Positions 37,171-47,494 of a stretch of DNA of 64,000 nt are shown here, piece by piece. The notes below the pieces were generated by a model that worked only from the letters and a program-made list of their open reading frames with translations, did no database searches and was not told where the DNA came from. Numbering within the stretch: position 1 is the first letter of the stretch; the number at the start of each line of letters is the position of its first letter. Made by a program: the position numbers and the translations under genes. The DNA lies in the IMG/VR virus record IMGVR_UViG_3300025121_000282, positions 124,001-188,000 of that record, one strand, 5' to 3'.

Positions 37171-37347
37171 ATGACTTACGCTGACGCCTGCACACAATTC
37201 AATTCCAAGATTTTGCCCTTCCTTCCTCACGGAGATGCACCCGCTCGGAGAACGGCTTGGAATAACTGGACTGATGGTCTGTGCAAAGACAAGATCATTA
37301 CTCAGAAGCAGTATGACACCTGGGTTCACCCCAAACCCAAGGGTTAG
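37171..37347 (+). CDS. conserved small phage protein
   Basis: D.PA.R.AWNNWTD.LCKD..IT..QY..W; AAGGAG SD. Confidence 0.7.
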   Translation: MTYADACTQFNSKILPFLPHGDAPARRTAWNNWTDGLCKDKIITQKQYDTWVHPKPKG

Positions 37348-37352
37348 TTGCA

Positions 37353-37763
37353 ATGACCGAGGCCTATACCACCTGGATTGCACAGTATGCCGTCAGGAAC
37401 AACAATGTACTGGCGGGTTTCTGTTACAGTGCGTCCGTAGAGATGCAAAAAGCGTTTCCAGAACTTATTCTGTGCCGCGGGTACGTCTATGAGAGCCGTG
37501 AACACTGGTGGCTCAAAACCTTAGATGGTGAAATTGTAGACCCCACGGCTGCTCAATTCACAATCTTCTGCGAGGTACTGTTAAAATCAGACTACGAAGA
37601 GTACTCTCCGGAGATTCACGGGCCAGAGCCAATTGGTCGGTGTATGAAGTGCGGAGACTACTGTTACGAAAGCGTAGAGGGTGCCAGTTCTATTGCCTGT
37701 GGTACTGAATGTCTTGCTGAGTTAAATGAGTATTATAACGGCAAAATCAAATTTGCCAGATAG
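37353..37763 (+). CDS. putative papain/transglutaminase-like (Cys-His-Asp) protein with C-terminal zinc finger
   Basis: GFCY, HWW, IVDPTAAQF; CMKCG...C...C. Confidence 0.55.
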   Translation: MTEAYTTWIAQYAVRNNNVLAGFCYSASVEMQKAFPELILCRGYVYESREHWWLKTLDGEIVDPTAAQFTIFCEVLLKSDYEEYSPEIHGPEPIGRCMKCGDYCYESVEGASSIACGTECLAELNEYYNGKIKFAR

Positions 37764-37830
37764 CGATTAACCATACTGCTCGCCAACAGAATTACTGTAT
37801 CAGCCAATCTAATAAGAGAGCACTTCTATA

Positions 37831-38100
37831 ATGAGCAACATCAAAATCACTATTGTGTATATCGGCGCTCCTCAGGCAGCCGATTACGAACCTACCACCA
37901 AGCACCTGGAAACTTTTGAGGCGGCTCCGTTCCTGGGCGCCGCTTTTAAAACGTGGCGCAAAGTGGAAATTACCAATGACGACTATCGCACGAGGTACCA
38001 GCGCGACCGTTATAGGTCCTTCTTGGGTGGCTGTCCCACCTTGGACGACCCTCGTGAATTCCCTATTGGTACTGGCCGTCAAGCCCCGTCTAACTGTTAA
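37831..38100 (+). CDS. hypothetical protein
   Basis: Promoter at 37767. Confidence 0.6.
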   Translation: MSNIKITIVYIGAPQAADYEPTTKHLETFEAAPFLGAAFKTWRKVEITNDDYRTRYQRDRYRSFLGGCPTLDDPREFPIGTGRQAPSNC

Positions 38101-38117
38101 AACCGGAGGTAATTATA

Positions 38118-38495
38118 ATGGGCATGCGCGGTAAAGACTGGTCCCCCAACGAACTGGTTATATTCATCAATCGAGTCATGGCACAACTGGAATACCCGGA
38201 AGAGAATGACGAGAATGACCTCTTGCGAGAGTGTACGTCTCGTCTCCTGGACATTGAGCGCCAGTGTGCTGCCACCTTTGAGGAACTCCAGATTGTTTTC
38301 CCTGAGAGCAGTGAGCCTGTGGGGGTCATCAAGGTGGAAGACCAAACCTGGGAGTACGTATCTGACCTGGATCGTGTCATGTTTGACACGGATACCAACC
38401 GCTACCCCTGCACCTTTGAAGGACATGACGTGGTGGATTATGACTCTACTGCTTATGCCGGGGTTACCCGTCTCTATAGGCGTGTGAAGGAGTAA
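38118..38495 (+). CDS. hypothetical protein
   Basis: GGAGG SD. Confidence 0.7.
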   Translation: MGMRGKDWSPNELVIFINRVMAQLEYPEENDENDLLRECTSRLLDIERQCAATFEELQIVFPESSEPVGVIKVEDQTWEYVSDLDRVMFDTDTNRYPCTFEGHDVVDYDSTAYAGVTRLYRRVKE

Positions 38496-38501
38496 ACCAC
38501 A

Positions 38502-38846
38502 ATGGAACAGTATTACGGTGACACCATCGTCTGGATGGCCCGCTGCTTCCCTGGTGACTGGACCTGGGAACGTGTTTACGACGCTTTGAACAATGGTACT
38601 GGGCTGGACCCAATTATCATAGCGTACACCTACGACATGCTCACAGCTTGGTGCATCCAGCGTCTCGTCGAGAAGTATGGCGTGTTTGATGGAGACCAGA
38701 TCTTCCGCAACATGGGGCCCGGTCGCACTTGTTATAGAGTGAAAGAGGGAATGTGTAATGCCCTTCTTGCATCGGGAATTCCAGCCCATGTGAAAGGGGT
38801 ATTTTATCCCTGTGGCGATGAGACCAATTCTCTTCTCCCTCTGTAA
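38502..38846 (+). CDS. hypothetical protein
   Basis: AAGGAG SD. Confidence 0.7.
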   Translation: MEQYYGDTIVWMARCFPGDWTWERVYDALNNGTGLDPIIIAYTYDMLTAWCIQRLVEKYGVFDGDQIFRNMGPGRTCYRVKEGMCNALLASGIPAHVKGVFYPCGDETNSLLPL

Positions 38847-38863
38847 TAACAGGATGTTACAAG

Positions 38864-39124
38864 ATGAACGGCAGAGTTTTCTTTAGGAAGTACGGTAGTG
38901 GCCCCAATACCACCTACATGGTTTTGGGTATTATCAAAGCTCCAGAGGGGACATTCCCTGTAGACACGGTTTGCCCTGTTGTGGGTTACACCATCGGAAA
39001 CACTTCAGTCATCACTGTGGTGACAGACCCTGCTGTAACTTTGGACAGAGCGGAAATGACTAGAGGTATGACTGCTACTGAAATTCTCACCAGTGGCATC
39101 TGGAACAAACACCCTGGGGAGTGA
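38864..39124 (+). CDS. hypothetical protein
   Basis: AGGA SD. Confidence 0.6.
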   Translation: MNGRVFFRKYGSGPNTTYMVLGIIKAPEGTFPVDTVCPVVGYTIGNTSVITVVTDPAVTLDRAEMTRGMTATEILTSGIWNKHPGE

Positions 39125-39564
39125 ATTATATGGACGAAGAGTACCTCAACACCGCACTGCAGGTGTGGGCAGATGTCCGATGTAAAGCTGGACTTGCAGA
39201 AATCGAGGCAGCAGCCCTCAACATTTTGAAAGGTGTACCCCCAGACCCGCGGGGCAACAATACCCATGATGGGCACATGCTCGACCCAGAGCGGGGTACC
39301 TTGTGTCTGTGTGAGGTTTGTATTGCAGCGCGCCAATCAGAAGTGGACGAGATTAATCGTAGCGGGTGCGAACCATTCACCCCAGAAGATGTACAGGAAA
39401 TCCGCTATGCGTGGGCACGACTGGCTTTGAGCGATCAGTACGTCAATACGGTTAAAACATCTGTAGGCTTATACTGGGTGGAAATCCATCGAGAAACCCA
39501 ACCGTTTGTCTGGGGAGGGGATAAGAACATAATAACTTATATGGAAGACCTTCCCAGTAACTAA
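39121..39564 (+). CDS. hypothetical protein
   Basis: GTGA overlap. Confidence 0.6.
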   Translation: MNYMDEEYLNTALQVWADVRCKAGLAEIEAAALNILKGVPPDPRGNNTHDGHMLDPERGTLCLCEVCIAARQSEVDEINRSGCEPFTPEDVQEIRYAWARLALSDQYVNTVKTSVGLYWVEIHRETQPFVWGGDKNIITYMEDLPSN

Positions 39565-39774
39565 TTATGCTTTGTAATTTGTAGCTACGAAAATGTGGGC
39601 TACTAACTCAGCTTTTCTCTTAAAGTGATGGTTAGGGTGTAGAGACTTGTACGAGTGGAATACAAGTCTCCAGAATTCATCCCCATCCTTCTCATTTAAC
39701 CCATCAGTTCTAGCCATTTCCTTGGCCTGTTCCCATAATAGTATGTCTCGGTGATTGTCTGTAATACCCGCCAT
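39565..39774 (-). CDS. hypothetical protein
   Basis: AAGGAG SD on the minus strand; convergent with 39121..39564. Confidence 0.6.
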   Translation of the reverse strand: MAGITDNHRDILLWEQAKEMARTDGLNEKDGDEFWRLVFHSYKSLHPNHHFKRKAELVAHIFVATNYKA

Positions 39775-39827
39775 TGTAAATAACTCCTTCTAATAGTATA
39801 ATTGCCGAATAAAGGACCAATTGTAAC

Positions 39828-40118
39828 TTGCAATGTCCACTATGCAAACGCGAAGTCCCCAATTCTTTATTTGAGGAACATCACTTATCCACACGTCGAA
39901 AATCCGACGAGGTTGAGAAGGTGTGCTCGTCATGTCACAGAACCATCCACGTTCTGTTCAGAGACTCAGACTTAAGGAACTCCACCTTGGATTTAGACTC
40001 GGTGGAAGGGTTGCTAGCCAACGAGCAATTTTGTAAAGCGTTGGTTTTCATCCGGAAGCAACCTCCCGAAAGCTCTATAAAGGTAAGAGAGTCGGCCCGC
40101 AGACGAAAGGGACATTGA
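39828..40118 (+). CDS. small HNH-like zinc-binding protein
   Basis: CPLC.R......HHL........C..CH..IH. Confidence 0.7.
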   Translation: MQCPLCKREVPNSLFEEHHLSTRRKSDEVEKVCSSCHRTIHVLFRDSDLRNSTLDLDSVEGLLANEQFCKALVFIRKQPPESSIKVRESARRRKGH

Positions 40119-40178
40119 CTCGTGCCCTCTCTGCAAGAACAATTATAACAGAACTCATCTACAGAGGATTAAACTAAA

Positions 40179-41363
40179 ATGAAAATCAACCTTGCCATGG
40201 TCGAAGCGGCAGTTGCCGGGTGCACCTCATTCGTACGTCGGGAGTTTGTCACCCCCTACGGCAGAGAGTGGGTCTCGTACGATTATTCCTATGCTTACCC
40301 GGCTCTCTTCGAAGAGCACCCCGCACGCCTGGAGTGCCGCGGCATCGTGTTTGACAAGGACACGGGTCAGGTGGTCTGCCGTCCCTACCACAAGTTCTTC
40401 AATGCGGGCGAGATTCCGGGTACCGGGCTGGACAAGCTTGGTCTGGACCGCCCCCACTACATCTTGGAGAAGCTGGACGGGTCGATGATTCGTCCCATGT
40501 GGGTCCATGAAGGTGAAGTCCATTTTGGCACCCGTGCGGGTGTTACCGAAGTTTCGGAGCAGGCCACCGAGTATGCCCGTACCCGGCCTCAGTACCATCA
40601 ACTGTGCGAAGACTTGATGAACATCGGGCACACCCCCATTTTCGAGTGGTGCAGCCTCCAGAACCGGGTGGTGATCGCACACCCTGTCGACCGTCTGGTG
40701 CTGACTGGCATCCGGGACAATCTTACCGGTCTGTATCAGCCCTACACTACCATGCGAGCGATCGCCAACGACTATGGTGTGGAGTGTGTTCGGGCTTTCG
40801 ACCTGAATACCTCTGACCGAGAGGCTTTTGCGGCCTACGTCGCCGACCTTTTGGACATGGAAGGCTTTGTCATCCGATTCGAAGATGGCGAACACCCCGT
40901 GATGGTCAAGGTCAAGGCTGATGACTACGTTCGCCGTCATAAGACCCTGGGCATCCTTCGATCGGAACGAGCCATGTTCGAAACCCTGCTCGACGGTCTG
41001 CTCGACGACGCCAAATCTCGGCTGAATGAGAATGACCTTCCCGCTGTGAATACCTTCGAGGCAGAATTTTACGAGATTCTGAATTGCCGGTCTGCCCATG
41101 CCCTGGAGTTGTTGACCAAGGCCCGGGAGTCTGGGTGCACCCGCAAGGAGTTTGCAACTGAAATCGTCGGGAAGCGCGGGGACCGGGGTGTGCTGTTCAA
41201 CTTGTTCACTCGGGAATACCTCACCATGAAAGAGGTTGCCGATGAATTCATGGCTGTCCTCTCCAAAGAGGGCACCAAAAACGACCCCGACAAGATCCGG
41301 CGCATCCTGATGGCCGATGTGTCGTGGAACCCTGGCCGCAAGATTTCCACCGGAGATGAATAA
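40179..41363 (+). CDS. T4 Rnl1-like ATP-dependent RNA ligase
   Basis: ECRGIVF, RPYHKFFN, motif I EKLDGS, FEW, EGFVI, VKVK...Y...H. Confidence 0.9.
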   Translation: MKINLAMVEAAVAGCTSFVRREFVTPYGREWVSYDYSYAYPALFEEHPARLECRGIVFDKDTGQVVCRPYHKFFNAGEIPGTGLDKLGLDRPHYILEKLDGSMIRPMWVHEGEVHFGTRAGVTEVSEQATEYARTRPQYHQLCEDLMNIGHTPIFEWCSLQNRVVIAHPVDRLVLTGIRDNLTGLYQPYTTMRAIANDYGVECVRAFDLNTSDREAFAAYVADLLDMEGFVIRFEDGEHPVMVKVKADDYVRRHKTLGILRSERAMFETLLDGLLDDAKSRLNENDLPAVNTFEAEFYEILNCRSAHALELLTKARESGCTRKEFATEIVGKRGDRGVLFNLFTREYLTMKEVADEFMAVLSKEGTKNDPDKIRRILMADVSWNPGRKISTGDE

Positions 41364-41364
41364 A

Positions 41365-41613
41365 ATGAAACAAATTAAAATTGGCTCCCGGTCTTTCAAT
41401 ATTCTGACTGTTGCCGAGATTGCCAAGCTTACAAACCAACGGTTGTACCAATACCTTCGTACTGCACGAAGTTACCGGGGGTTGTTTGTTTACCACTGTG
41501 CAACGTGTTATGGTCCTTGCGTTCGACCTGAACCTGTAGGCCGTGACGAGCGTATTCCGGCGCTGGATTGGGCTGTTGCGGCGGCAGACCGTGAAAAACA
41601 GCGTAGGAAATGA
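41365..41613 (+). CDS. hypothetical protein
   Basis: GGAG SD; CATC. Confidence 0.55.
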   Translation: MKQIKIGSRSFNILTVAEIAKLTNQRLYQYLRTARSYRGLFVYHCATCYGPCVRPEPVGRDERIPALDWAVAAADREKQRRK

Positions 41614-41635
41614 CCAACTGACCTAGGACTATAAA

Positions 41636-42271
41636 ATGAACGCCACTCAAATTCGTAAAGAAGCAGAAACAACCGGCACAGACCCCAAAAACTGGGGCCC
41701 TGAAGGTTACCATAGCCTACACTATAATACTCAAAGGGCTGTGCGCAACTTGTATCTGGAACCCGCTCCGTGGGGTACCCCTCAGTATGACACTCCGTTA
41801 ATGTTTACACGCAAACGGGCCATCGAGATGCAGCCGGATTGCGCTGGTAAGCGTTTGGCCGCCCATTTCAATGAGGTCAACGGCGGGCGGTTTGTGTTGG
41901 GAATGGGCATTTATCAAGCCTACTGGCAGTGGCGTCCTGACACTTACAAAGACGCAAATGGTGTCCCTAATCAGCTTGTGGTTGCAGGGGACGGTTTCCC
42001 CATGGCCCGCATCCGGTTTGGTACTGATGGGCTTTGGCGGTGGGACTGGATGCGAAACCCTGACGTGCTTAAAGCCAGTTGTAATTCTGAGATGTGGGGG
42101 ACCTTGACGCAGCCTTACAAGGAATGGACCCCATTTGATCAGTACATGGCTGGTGTGGTAACCAAGAACCTTGGACTCGAAGCTGGTACAGACCTGACCT
42201 TTATGATGGGTGTACCAGTGTCTGAAGACGAATTCATCCGGCTCACCTACGCTGGGCGCAAACTATGCTAG
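41636..42271 (+). CDS. hypothetical protein (211 aa)
   Basis: AGGA SD. Confidence 0.7.
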   Translation: MNATQIRKEAETTGTDPKNWGPEGYHSLHYNTQRAVRNLYLEPAPWGTPQYDTPLMFTRKRAIEMQPDCAGKRLAAHFNEVNGGRFVLGMGIYQAYWQWRPDTYKDANGVPNQLVVAGDGFPMARIRFGTDGLWRWDWMRNPDVLKASCNSEMWGTLTQPYKEWTPFDQYMAGVVTKNLGLEAGTDLTFMMGVPVSEDEFIRLTYAGRKLC

Positions 42272-42474
42272 ACGCGACAAAAATCCTCCAGGGGCTGAAT
42301 GACGAGATTGTGTCTGCTGAATTGCGGGTTGCCAAACTTAAGAACATTGAGTACTTGGTTTCCAGTCTTTTGAAGCTGGAGGGGTGGAACGAAGAACAGG
42401 AAGCCGATTGGATGGAACTCTGCAAAATAGCCGCAAACATCGGATATCCTCGACTGGAGAGACACGGGGATTGA
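42265..42474 (+). CDS. hypothetical protein
   Basis: Tiled ORF. Confidence 0.55.
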   Translation: MLDATKILQGLNDEIVSAELRVAKLKNIEYLVSSLLKLEGWNEEQEADWMELCKIAANIGYPRLERHGD

Positions 42475-42522
42475 CCGGGTTTGATTCCGTGTGAATTACC
42501 GCAGAAGGAGATCACTATTACA

Positions 42523-42921
42523 ATGGGTACTCGGACCTACGTCGTTTTGACTGCCACCAAGGATGATGACAAGAACACCATCATCGCAGTTGCTACCCAC
42601 TCTGGCCGTTTGGCCACTTTCGAGCGACGCACTCGGGTGTGGGTCTGCCATGAGTGCGCGACCGCACCTCAGCTTGGACAGGACATCTCGGAGCTTCCTG
42701 GTGGTGTATCCCGCATCTACCACCCTCGCAGCGGAGACCCTGTGGTGGTTACTGGATATTTTAAGGAGCCCACCAAGGCTGAGGTCGGTTTTTATAACTG
42801 CGTGGTCTTCAAAGAGGGCCAGTACCCGAGTGTTGTACCTGCCTCGGCTGTCCTGAATGGGAAACCTGGGGTAGTTATCGATTACCAACCTGATGGTATG
42901 GGAGCTTGGGAAGAGACTTGA
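42523..42921 (+). CDS. hypothetical protein; N-domain is a tandem paralog of 42934..43161
   Basis: D.KN.I..VA...RVW....C...PQ.GQ. Confidence 0.7.
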   Translation: MGTRTYVVLTATKDDDKNTIIAVATHSGRLATFERRTRVWVCHECATAPQLGQDISELPGGVSRIYHPRSGDPVVVTGYFKEPTKAEVGFYNCVVFKEGQYPSVVPASAVLNGKPGVVIDYQPDGMGAWEET

Positions 42922-42933
42922 AAGGTGACCACA

Positions 42934-43161
42934 ATGTCTGAACTTCATAGTTACTATGTTGCAATCCTTCCTAACGAGGATAAGAAGAATGTCATTGGCA
43001 CAGTGGCTGAAAAACTGTCCGACTTGCCAGAATACCCGGGAAGGCGGGTCTGGCTACTCGAAGGGTGCTGCAACGTACCCCAAGTTGGACAGAATTTACT
43101 CGATACTGTGGGGACTGCTACGCACCACTTTCACTCTTACACACCCCTAAACGCAAGGTAA
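42934..43161 (+). CDS. hypothetical protein (tandem paralog)
   Basis: Same motif as 42523..42921. Confidence 0.65.
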   Translation: MSELHSYYVAILPNEDKKNVIGTVAEKLSDLPEYPGRRVWLLEGCCNVPQVGQNLLDTVGTATHHFHSYTPLNAR

Positions 43162-43166
43162 CCTCA

Positions 43167-43451
43167 ATGGTCAGGGAAAACACCCCAGAACTTGAACCGG
43201 CCAACTACGTCTGGATTTATACCGTCGAGTTTTGGCGGCAAGGGGACCGAGACATATACGAGTACGGCCCCTTTGCCAGTTTGAGCGAGGCTGAAACCGT
43301 GTTCCCCATGTTTAAGGACAGGATGGGTGGGTACCAAGGACGAATTGCTCCAACTGCTGTTCCCAAGCCTGTGGCACTAGAGAAATTGAAACACCCCTAT
43401 TTGCATCACGGTGAAACCCAAGCCAAAGCTGTTCTGTTGTTGGGTTGGTGA
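43167..43451 (+). CDS. hypothetical protein
   Basis: YGPFASLSEAE motif. Confidence 0.6.
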   Translation: MVRENTPELEPANYVWIYTVEFWRQGDRDIYEYGPFASLSEAETVFPMFKDRMGGYQGRIAPTAVPKPVALEKLKHPYLHHGETQAKAVLLLGW

Positions 43452-43505
43452 TTAAAATAGATGTTTTGTGGGTGGTGAGACCTACCAACATAGGGAGACC
43501 CCACA

Positions 43506-43925
43506 ATGGACAAAACATCTGGCGCTCTGCGCGACATTGTAAAAAGCCCAAAACTCAAAGAGATAGAGACACTCCTGGCGAAGCGACTTACCCAGGACTT
43601 ACCCAAAGCCCTGGAGAACATGGGCTGGAAGTTTCTGAGTTCTTGGGCTCCATCCATTCTCAAGGACAGGATTGATAGTTCTTCTTCCGCCAGGAAAGCT
43701 GTAAACGATTTGAGACTGGTGGCTGACTCCGTGGAACGCAGCGAATCGGCTACCGACAAACAAAATTATAAGCGAACCATGGCTATTTTCCATCATTTGA
43801 TTTCTGCCCTGAGTGTATACCAGGAAATCTTCTTCGAAGACCAAGATAAATATATTGAGGACTACTTGTCTGATAGGGTGTGGGACAAGTTTTTGAGTTA
43901 CACCGGAACAGTCGCAGGGGAATAG
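43506..43925 (+). CDS. helical protein with a leader-like N-terminus
   Basis: GGGAG SD; MDKTSGALRDIVK. Confidence 0.65.
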   Translation: MDKTSGALRDIVKSPKLKEIETLLAKRLTQDLPKALENMGWKFLSSWAPSILKDRIDSSSSARKAVNDLRLVADSVERSESATDKQNYKRTMAIFHHLISALSVYQEIFFEDQDKYIEDYLSDRVWDKFLSYTGTVAGE

Positions 43926-43958
43926 ACTAACCAACTGGTCGCATTATGGAATTATAGT

Positions 43959-44279
43959 ATGAACACCGTACCCGACCATCTAGAAGGTAAGGCCCGCGAG
44001 GCCGCCCAAGTAATCATCGACTGTGTGCTGATCCAGAACTCACAAGCACAACTTTCAGAGTCTGTCTTCCTGAGTCCTGAATTTAACCACACCGGATACG
44101 GCAACAACGCGGTTTTGGTTGTTTTGCACGAGGAAGGACCCCACAGGCCTTTCTTCTTGTACAACAATCCCCGCTTGATCGAGATGTACGAGGCTCTCAC
44201 GGAAGAGTTAGCCCTGGTCAGCCTGTGGTGCGAACAGTGTACTGACTGGTGCTCCGCAATCTACACTATGGACAAATAA
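43959..44279 (+). CDS. conserved hypothetical protein
   Basis: F.SP......YG..A.LVV.HE.G...E....W.S.IY. Confidence 0.7.
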   Translation: MNTVPDHLEGKAREAAQVIIDCVLIQNSQAQLSESVFLSPEFNHTGYGNNAVLVVLHEEGPHRPFFLYNNPRLIEMYEALTEELALVSLWCEQCTDWCSAIYTMDK

Positions 44280-44280
44280 C

Positions 44281-44676
44281 ATGCCCTCTATCACCTTTTC
44301 TATCACAGTTGACGCCCCCATCGCTGCCACCGCTCTGGAAATGGCAGTGGTACTCAATCAGGCCCTGACCACGGGTCTTGAGACGACTGATACGAATGTT
44401 GTCATTGTAGACAACAAAGGATTCTTTATTCCCGCTCCGCGAGTTGGGGCAGAAACCGTTCGTGCAATTTCTGAAGAGTCGATGAACCACTTCAGGGCCA
44501 GTGCCGTTCTTGAGTCGGTGCCAGCGGTTTTTGCTCACAACTTGGTTGCTGCTCTCAAGCAGGCCTGTGTCGCCTGGGCTCTGAATGATGACGTGACTAA
44601 GGCTGATCTGTACCTTGCCCGAATGAATCTCATTCTAGACGAGGTTAAGATCGGGTTAACGAAAAGTAGGCTGTGA
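44281..44676 (+). CDS. hypothetical protein
   Basis: Tiled ORF. Confidence 0.6.
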   Translation: MPSITFSITVDAPIAATALEMAVVLNQALTTGLETTDTNVVIVDNKGFFIPAPRVGAETVRAISEESMNHFRASAVLESVPAVFAHNLVAALKQACVAWALNDDVTKADLYLARMNLILDEVKIGLTKSRL

Positions 44677-44960
44677 TGCCCAACACCGAAAAGTCTGAGT
44701 GGTACCTGTGTCTACTTAATAGTGATTCGTCTGTAGACAAAGACGGCATCAGACGGTGGGGCGACGGGGTGATAATTTCTCCGTTTGTGCTGCAGGAAGC
44801 CGGGCTGCAATGCACGCCGGCTCACATTAACGCGTTTCTAGCTGAGACGTATGACTATGTGGGGATGATCGAGAACCAGAGTCTGGAATCAGCAATACGA
44901 GAATTCGGTCATAACACCCACATTTTTGACACTATCACGGGACACACCTGGACTACCTGA
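44673..44960 (+). CDS. hypothetical protein
   Basis: Tiled ORF. Confidence 0.55.
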   Translation: MMPNTEKSEWYLCLLNSDSSVDKDGIRRWGDGVIISPFVLQEAGLQCTPAHINAFLAETYDYVGMIENQSLESAIREFGHNTHIFDTITGHTWTT

Positions 44961-44978
44961 TTATAGGGGCCTTCTAAA

Positions 44979-45335
44979 ATGTACACTCTTGAAACTCTCC
45001 CCATCACCGTACATTACCCCTGGATGGAAAAAGAGGTTCTCACCAAACGGGCAAACCTGACGAACGAGTCCAAGTCGTACTCTGACGAGAACGGAATTCG
45101 ACGTTGGCACTTCAACCGTCGTGTGATTCCGTATTGGGTTTTCAAGGAAGCATTTTGTGTTTGTCCCGACACTCAACGGGAAACCTACGAGCGGGAGACA
45201 CAGGAATTTCTGGAATCCTACCGCAGGAATCAGCCCTCCGAGCCCTCCGATGAAGAGCGGTTTGAGGCACTTGCGGCCCACGGTTCTGGTGTACAGCTTG
45301 TAAATGTTTTTACCGGACGAGTCTGGGTGACTTAA
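44979..45335 (+). CDS. conserved hypothetical protein
   Basis: Y......PS.EE.FE..AA.G.G...VNV.TG. Confidence 0.7.
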   Translation: MYTLETLPITVHYPWMEKEVLTKRANLTNESKSYSDENGIRRWHFNRRVIPYWVFKEAFCVCPDTQRETYERETQEFLESYRRNQPSEPSDEERFEALAAHGSGVQLVNVFTGRVWVT

Positions 45336-46029
45336 ATGGTAATTGTCATCGACCTGAGTACAGGCGAAGAAACACGGGAAGAGAATTGTGAAGTTGAGGT
45401 GGAACCAGTCCCTGTGACCCTTCTACCAATTTTTCCCGAATTAGGACTCCAGGTTGTAGAGGACTCACACTATAATGAAGAAATCTCTGATTAACTGGAC
45501 TCTGATCGGCCACGACCTCCCGTACTATATGACCGGGGATGCGCACCCGGACCTCGATTATGGAAATCCTCCAGCCGGCACCGGGAGGTGTAATCCGTGA
45601 AACGGCAGAAGAGTCACTGGCCAGAATTTTTTCTGGGGCTGACGACCTGCTGTGTAAAATGTTTCCAGGCTAATTGTCCGCGTTTTTTCCCTCAAATTTG
45701 GCTATAATCCTGTCCGCAGCTTCCACCATTGAGGCCCAAGTTACAGTTCCATCTGGCAGCGCCCCAAATGGACGGGAAGACTTGTGGTACTGAACCTCCC
45801 TGTTTCGATGGTTGGCTCTGTAAATAGACACAGCCTGCAAAATTACAGCCCTTGGAACATTGTAGTCTTTGGCCCATTGATCAAAATCACAGGGTCCAGG
45901 GACCCGCAGGCTGTCCTTTAGTCTTCTAAAAATCTTGCTAAATAGAAGTTTCTGCCTTTTAGAGTCCACAATTGACTCCACCAAATTTCGTGTGAAGTAC
46001 ACTATACAACACATTATAAGGTAATTACA

Positions 46030-46314
46030 ATGAACCCTATCACCACTATCCAGCAGCTTGGCGGCATGGGTCGACTTTCGGCCATGATCGGCGCCCACAG
46101 TTTTGTGACTGGCCCCGACTCTCTCACTTTCAAGTGGAAGGTCCAGAGCAGGGCAAATTGTGTTCGCATCATACTGGACCGAGACCTTTACAACCTCTCT
46201 TTCCTCAAGATTCGCGGGACTACGGTGAGGGAGGTCTCTACTGTGGAAATGGTGGACTCCATTGCCCTGAAAAGCGTGTTTGAGCGCGAAACCGGCCTTT
46301 TCCTCAGCCTGTGA
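46030..46314 (+). CDS. conserved phage/plasmid hypothetical protein
   Basis: QLGG...AMIGA...DLY...F...L...FE..TGL; promoter at 45972. Confidence 0.75.
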   Translation: MNPITTIQQLGGMGRLSAMIGAHSFVTGPDSLTFKWKVQSRANCVRIILDRDLYNLSFLKIRGTTVREVSTVEMVDSIALKSVFERETGLFLSL

Positions 46315-46655
46315 AGGAGATTGCAAAATTGGCAAACCACAAATATCTGGAACGTATGCTCCTGTTGCCCATCAACAAAGACGGACCCTGCGACGACGAA
46401 TACCGAGAAGCCGCCTTGCAGGCAATCCACACCGCGGATGTTGTAGCAGTCCGCGGAAATACTGTGGCCACTCACGGCAAAGATGGGGTGGTGTGGATGG
46501 AGACAGCCGGTGGAATCGTTAAGTTCAATTGGTTGCCCGCCAGCGACATTAACCACTATGTCTTTGCGATGAATACCTCGTCACTCCGGGATGTCAGTTC
46601 TGCGTTGGCCGCAAAGTCTCGGATTACGATGGATGAGTTCATCACCCGGTATTAA
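46311..46655 (+). CDS. hypothetical protein
   Basis: GTGA overlap. Confidence 0.6.
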   Translation: MKEIAKLANHKYLERMLLLPINKDGPCDDEYREAALQAIHTADVVAVRGNTVATHGKDGVVWMETAGGIVKFNWLPASDINHYVFAMNTSSLRDVSSALAAKSRITMDEFITRY

Positions 46656-46682
46656 CTTGTACAAAAATCTGGAAAGGACGGG

Positions 46683-46916
46683 GTGCACCGAATGGGTCTC
46701 ATTAACGTTCTTGGTACGTGTGTCGTTTGTAGTTTGGCAGTCAGGGCCGCACACTACTATGCCATGAAATCCATGTTTGGCCTGTTTTATCACCCTGAGT
46801 TGTTCACTGAGGTGGTTTACACGGCTGGACCCCACATTGTTGTTTTCGTGGCTTGTTTGGCACTGCTTGTTGGACTTTTGAAGGTAAAACAACACAAACT
46901 GGCCAGGGGATTTTGA
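46683..46916 (+). CDS. small membrane protein (2 TM)
   Basis: Two hydrophobic segments. Confidence 0.55.
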   Translation: MHRMGLINVLGTCVVCSLAVRAAHYYAMKSMFGLFYHPELFTEVVYTAGPHIVVFVACLALLVGLLKVKQHKLARGF

Positions 46917-46917
46917 G

Positions 46918-47132
46918 ATGCGATTTTCAGAAATGACTGTTGACGAGTTGAAGGCAATTCAACCAGGGACACGGGTCCACACCACCCGAGGCCCTGGTGT
47001 GTTCTCTTACATTCGATTTGGTCCTCCTACGTGGGCTGTCTCTGAGGCTGCTTGTGTTCATCTTGACCACTACCAGGAGACATTGGGTACCAGGGGACGA
47101 CGTTCTCTCTAAACAATGTGGGGTTAATTTAA
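46918..47132 (+). pseudogene. SH3-like small protein, apparently frameshifted at G3 47085-47087
   Basis: Adding one G gives the C-terminus LGYQGTTFSLNNVGLI ending just before the next ATG. Confidence 0.45.
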
Positions 47133-47134
47133 CA

Positions 47135-47437
47135 ATGCGAATGCACAGACGTGTTGCTTGGAACATTACCACTTTTGACCCATTTGTGTACGTAGAGAGA
47201 CTTGACCGTTTTTTCCATCAGGACGACCTCCCTAACTTTCGTGGGTTAACGGCAGGAACCACCTGGGTCAGTTCTCACAGCCGTCTTTTCCGCACCAAAG
47301 CCAAGATGCTCAAATTTCTCAATTCCGATACCCGGTGTCCTGTTGGCGGAGCCGAGGGTTGGATCGTGATGAGGGTGACTTGGAGAGGCGGTCATGTCTG
47401 GACTGGCGAATACGCTGTCATGAAGAAGCCTAATTGA
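47135..47437 (+). CDS. hypothetical protein
   Basis: Tiled ORF. Confidence 0.55.
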   Translation: MRMHRRVAWNITTFDPFVYVERLDRFFHQDDLPNFRGLTAGTTWVSSHSRLFRTKAKMLKFLNSDTRCPVGGAEGWIVMRVTWRGGHVWTGEYAVMKKPN

Positions 47438-47494
47438 CTGTTTCCGCCGTTAGTTGAATAACTGTGTAACTATTATCCTGAGGAGAATCCTGAA

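Noticed and set aside
40227-41426. 399-aa minus-strand ORF
   Set aside because: Antisense shadow of the RNA ligase; the same applies to 60295..61299, 15860..16651 and 61480..62280.
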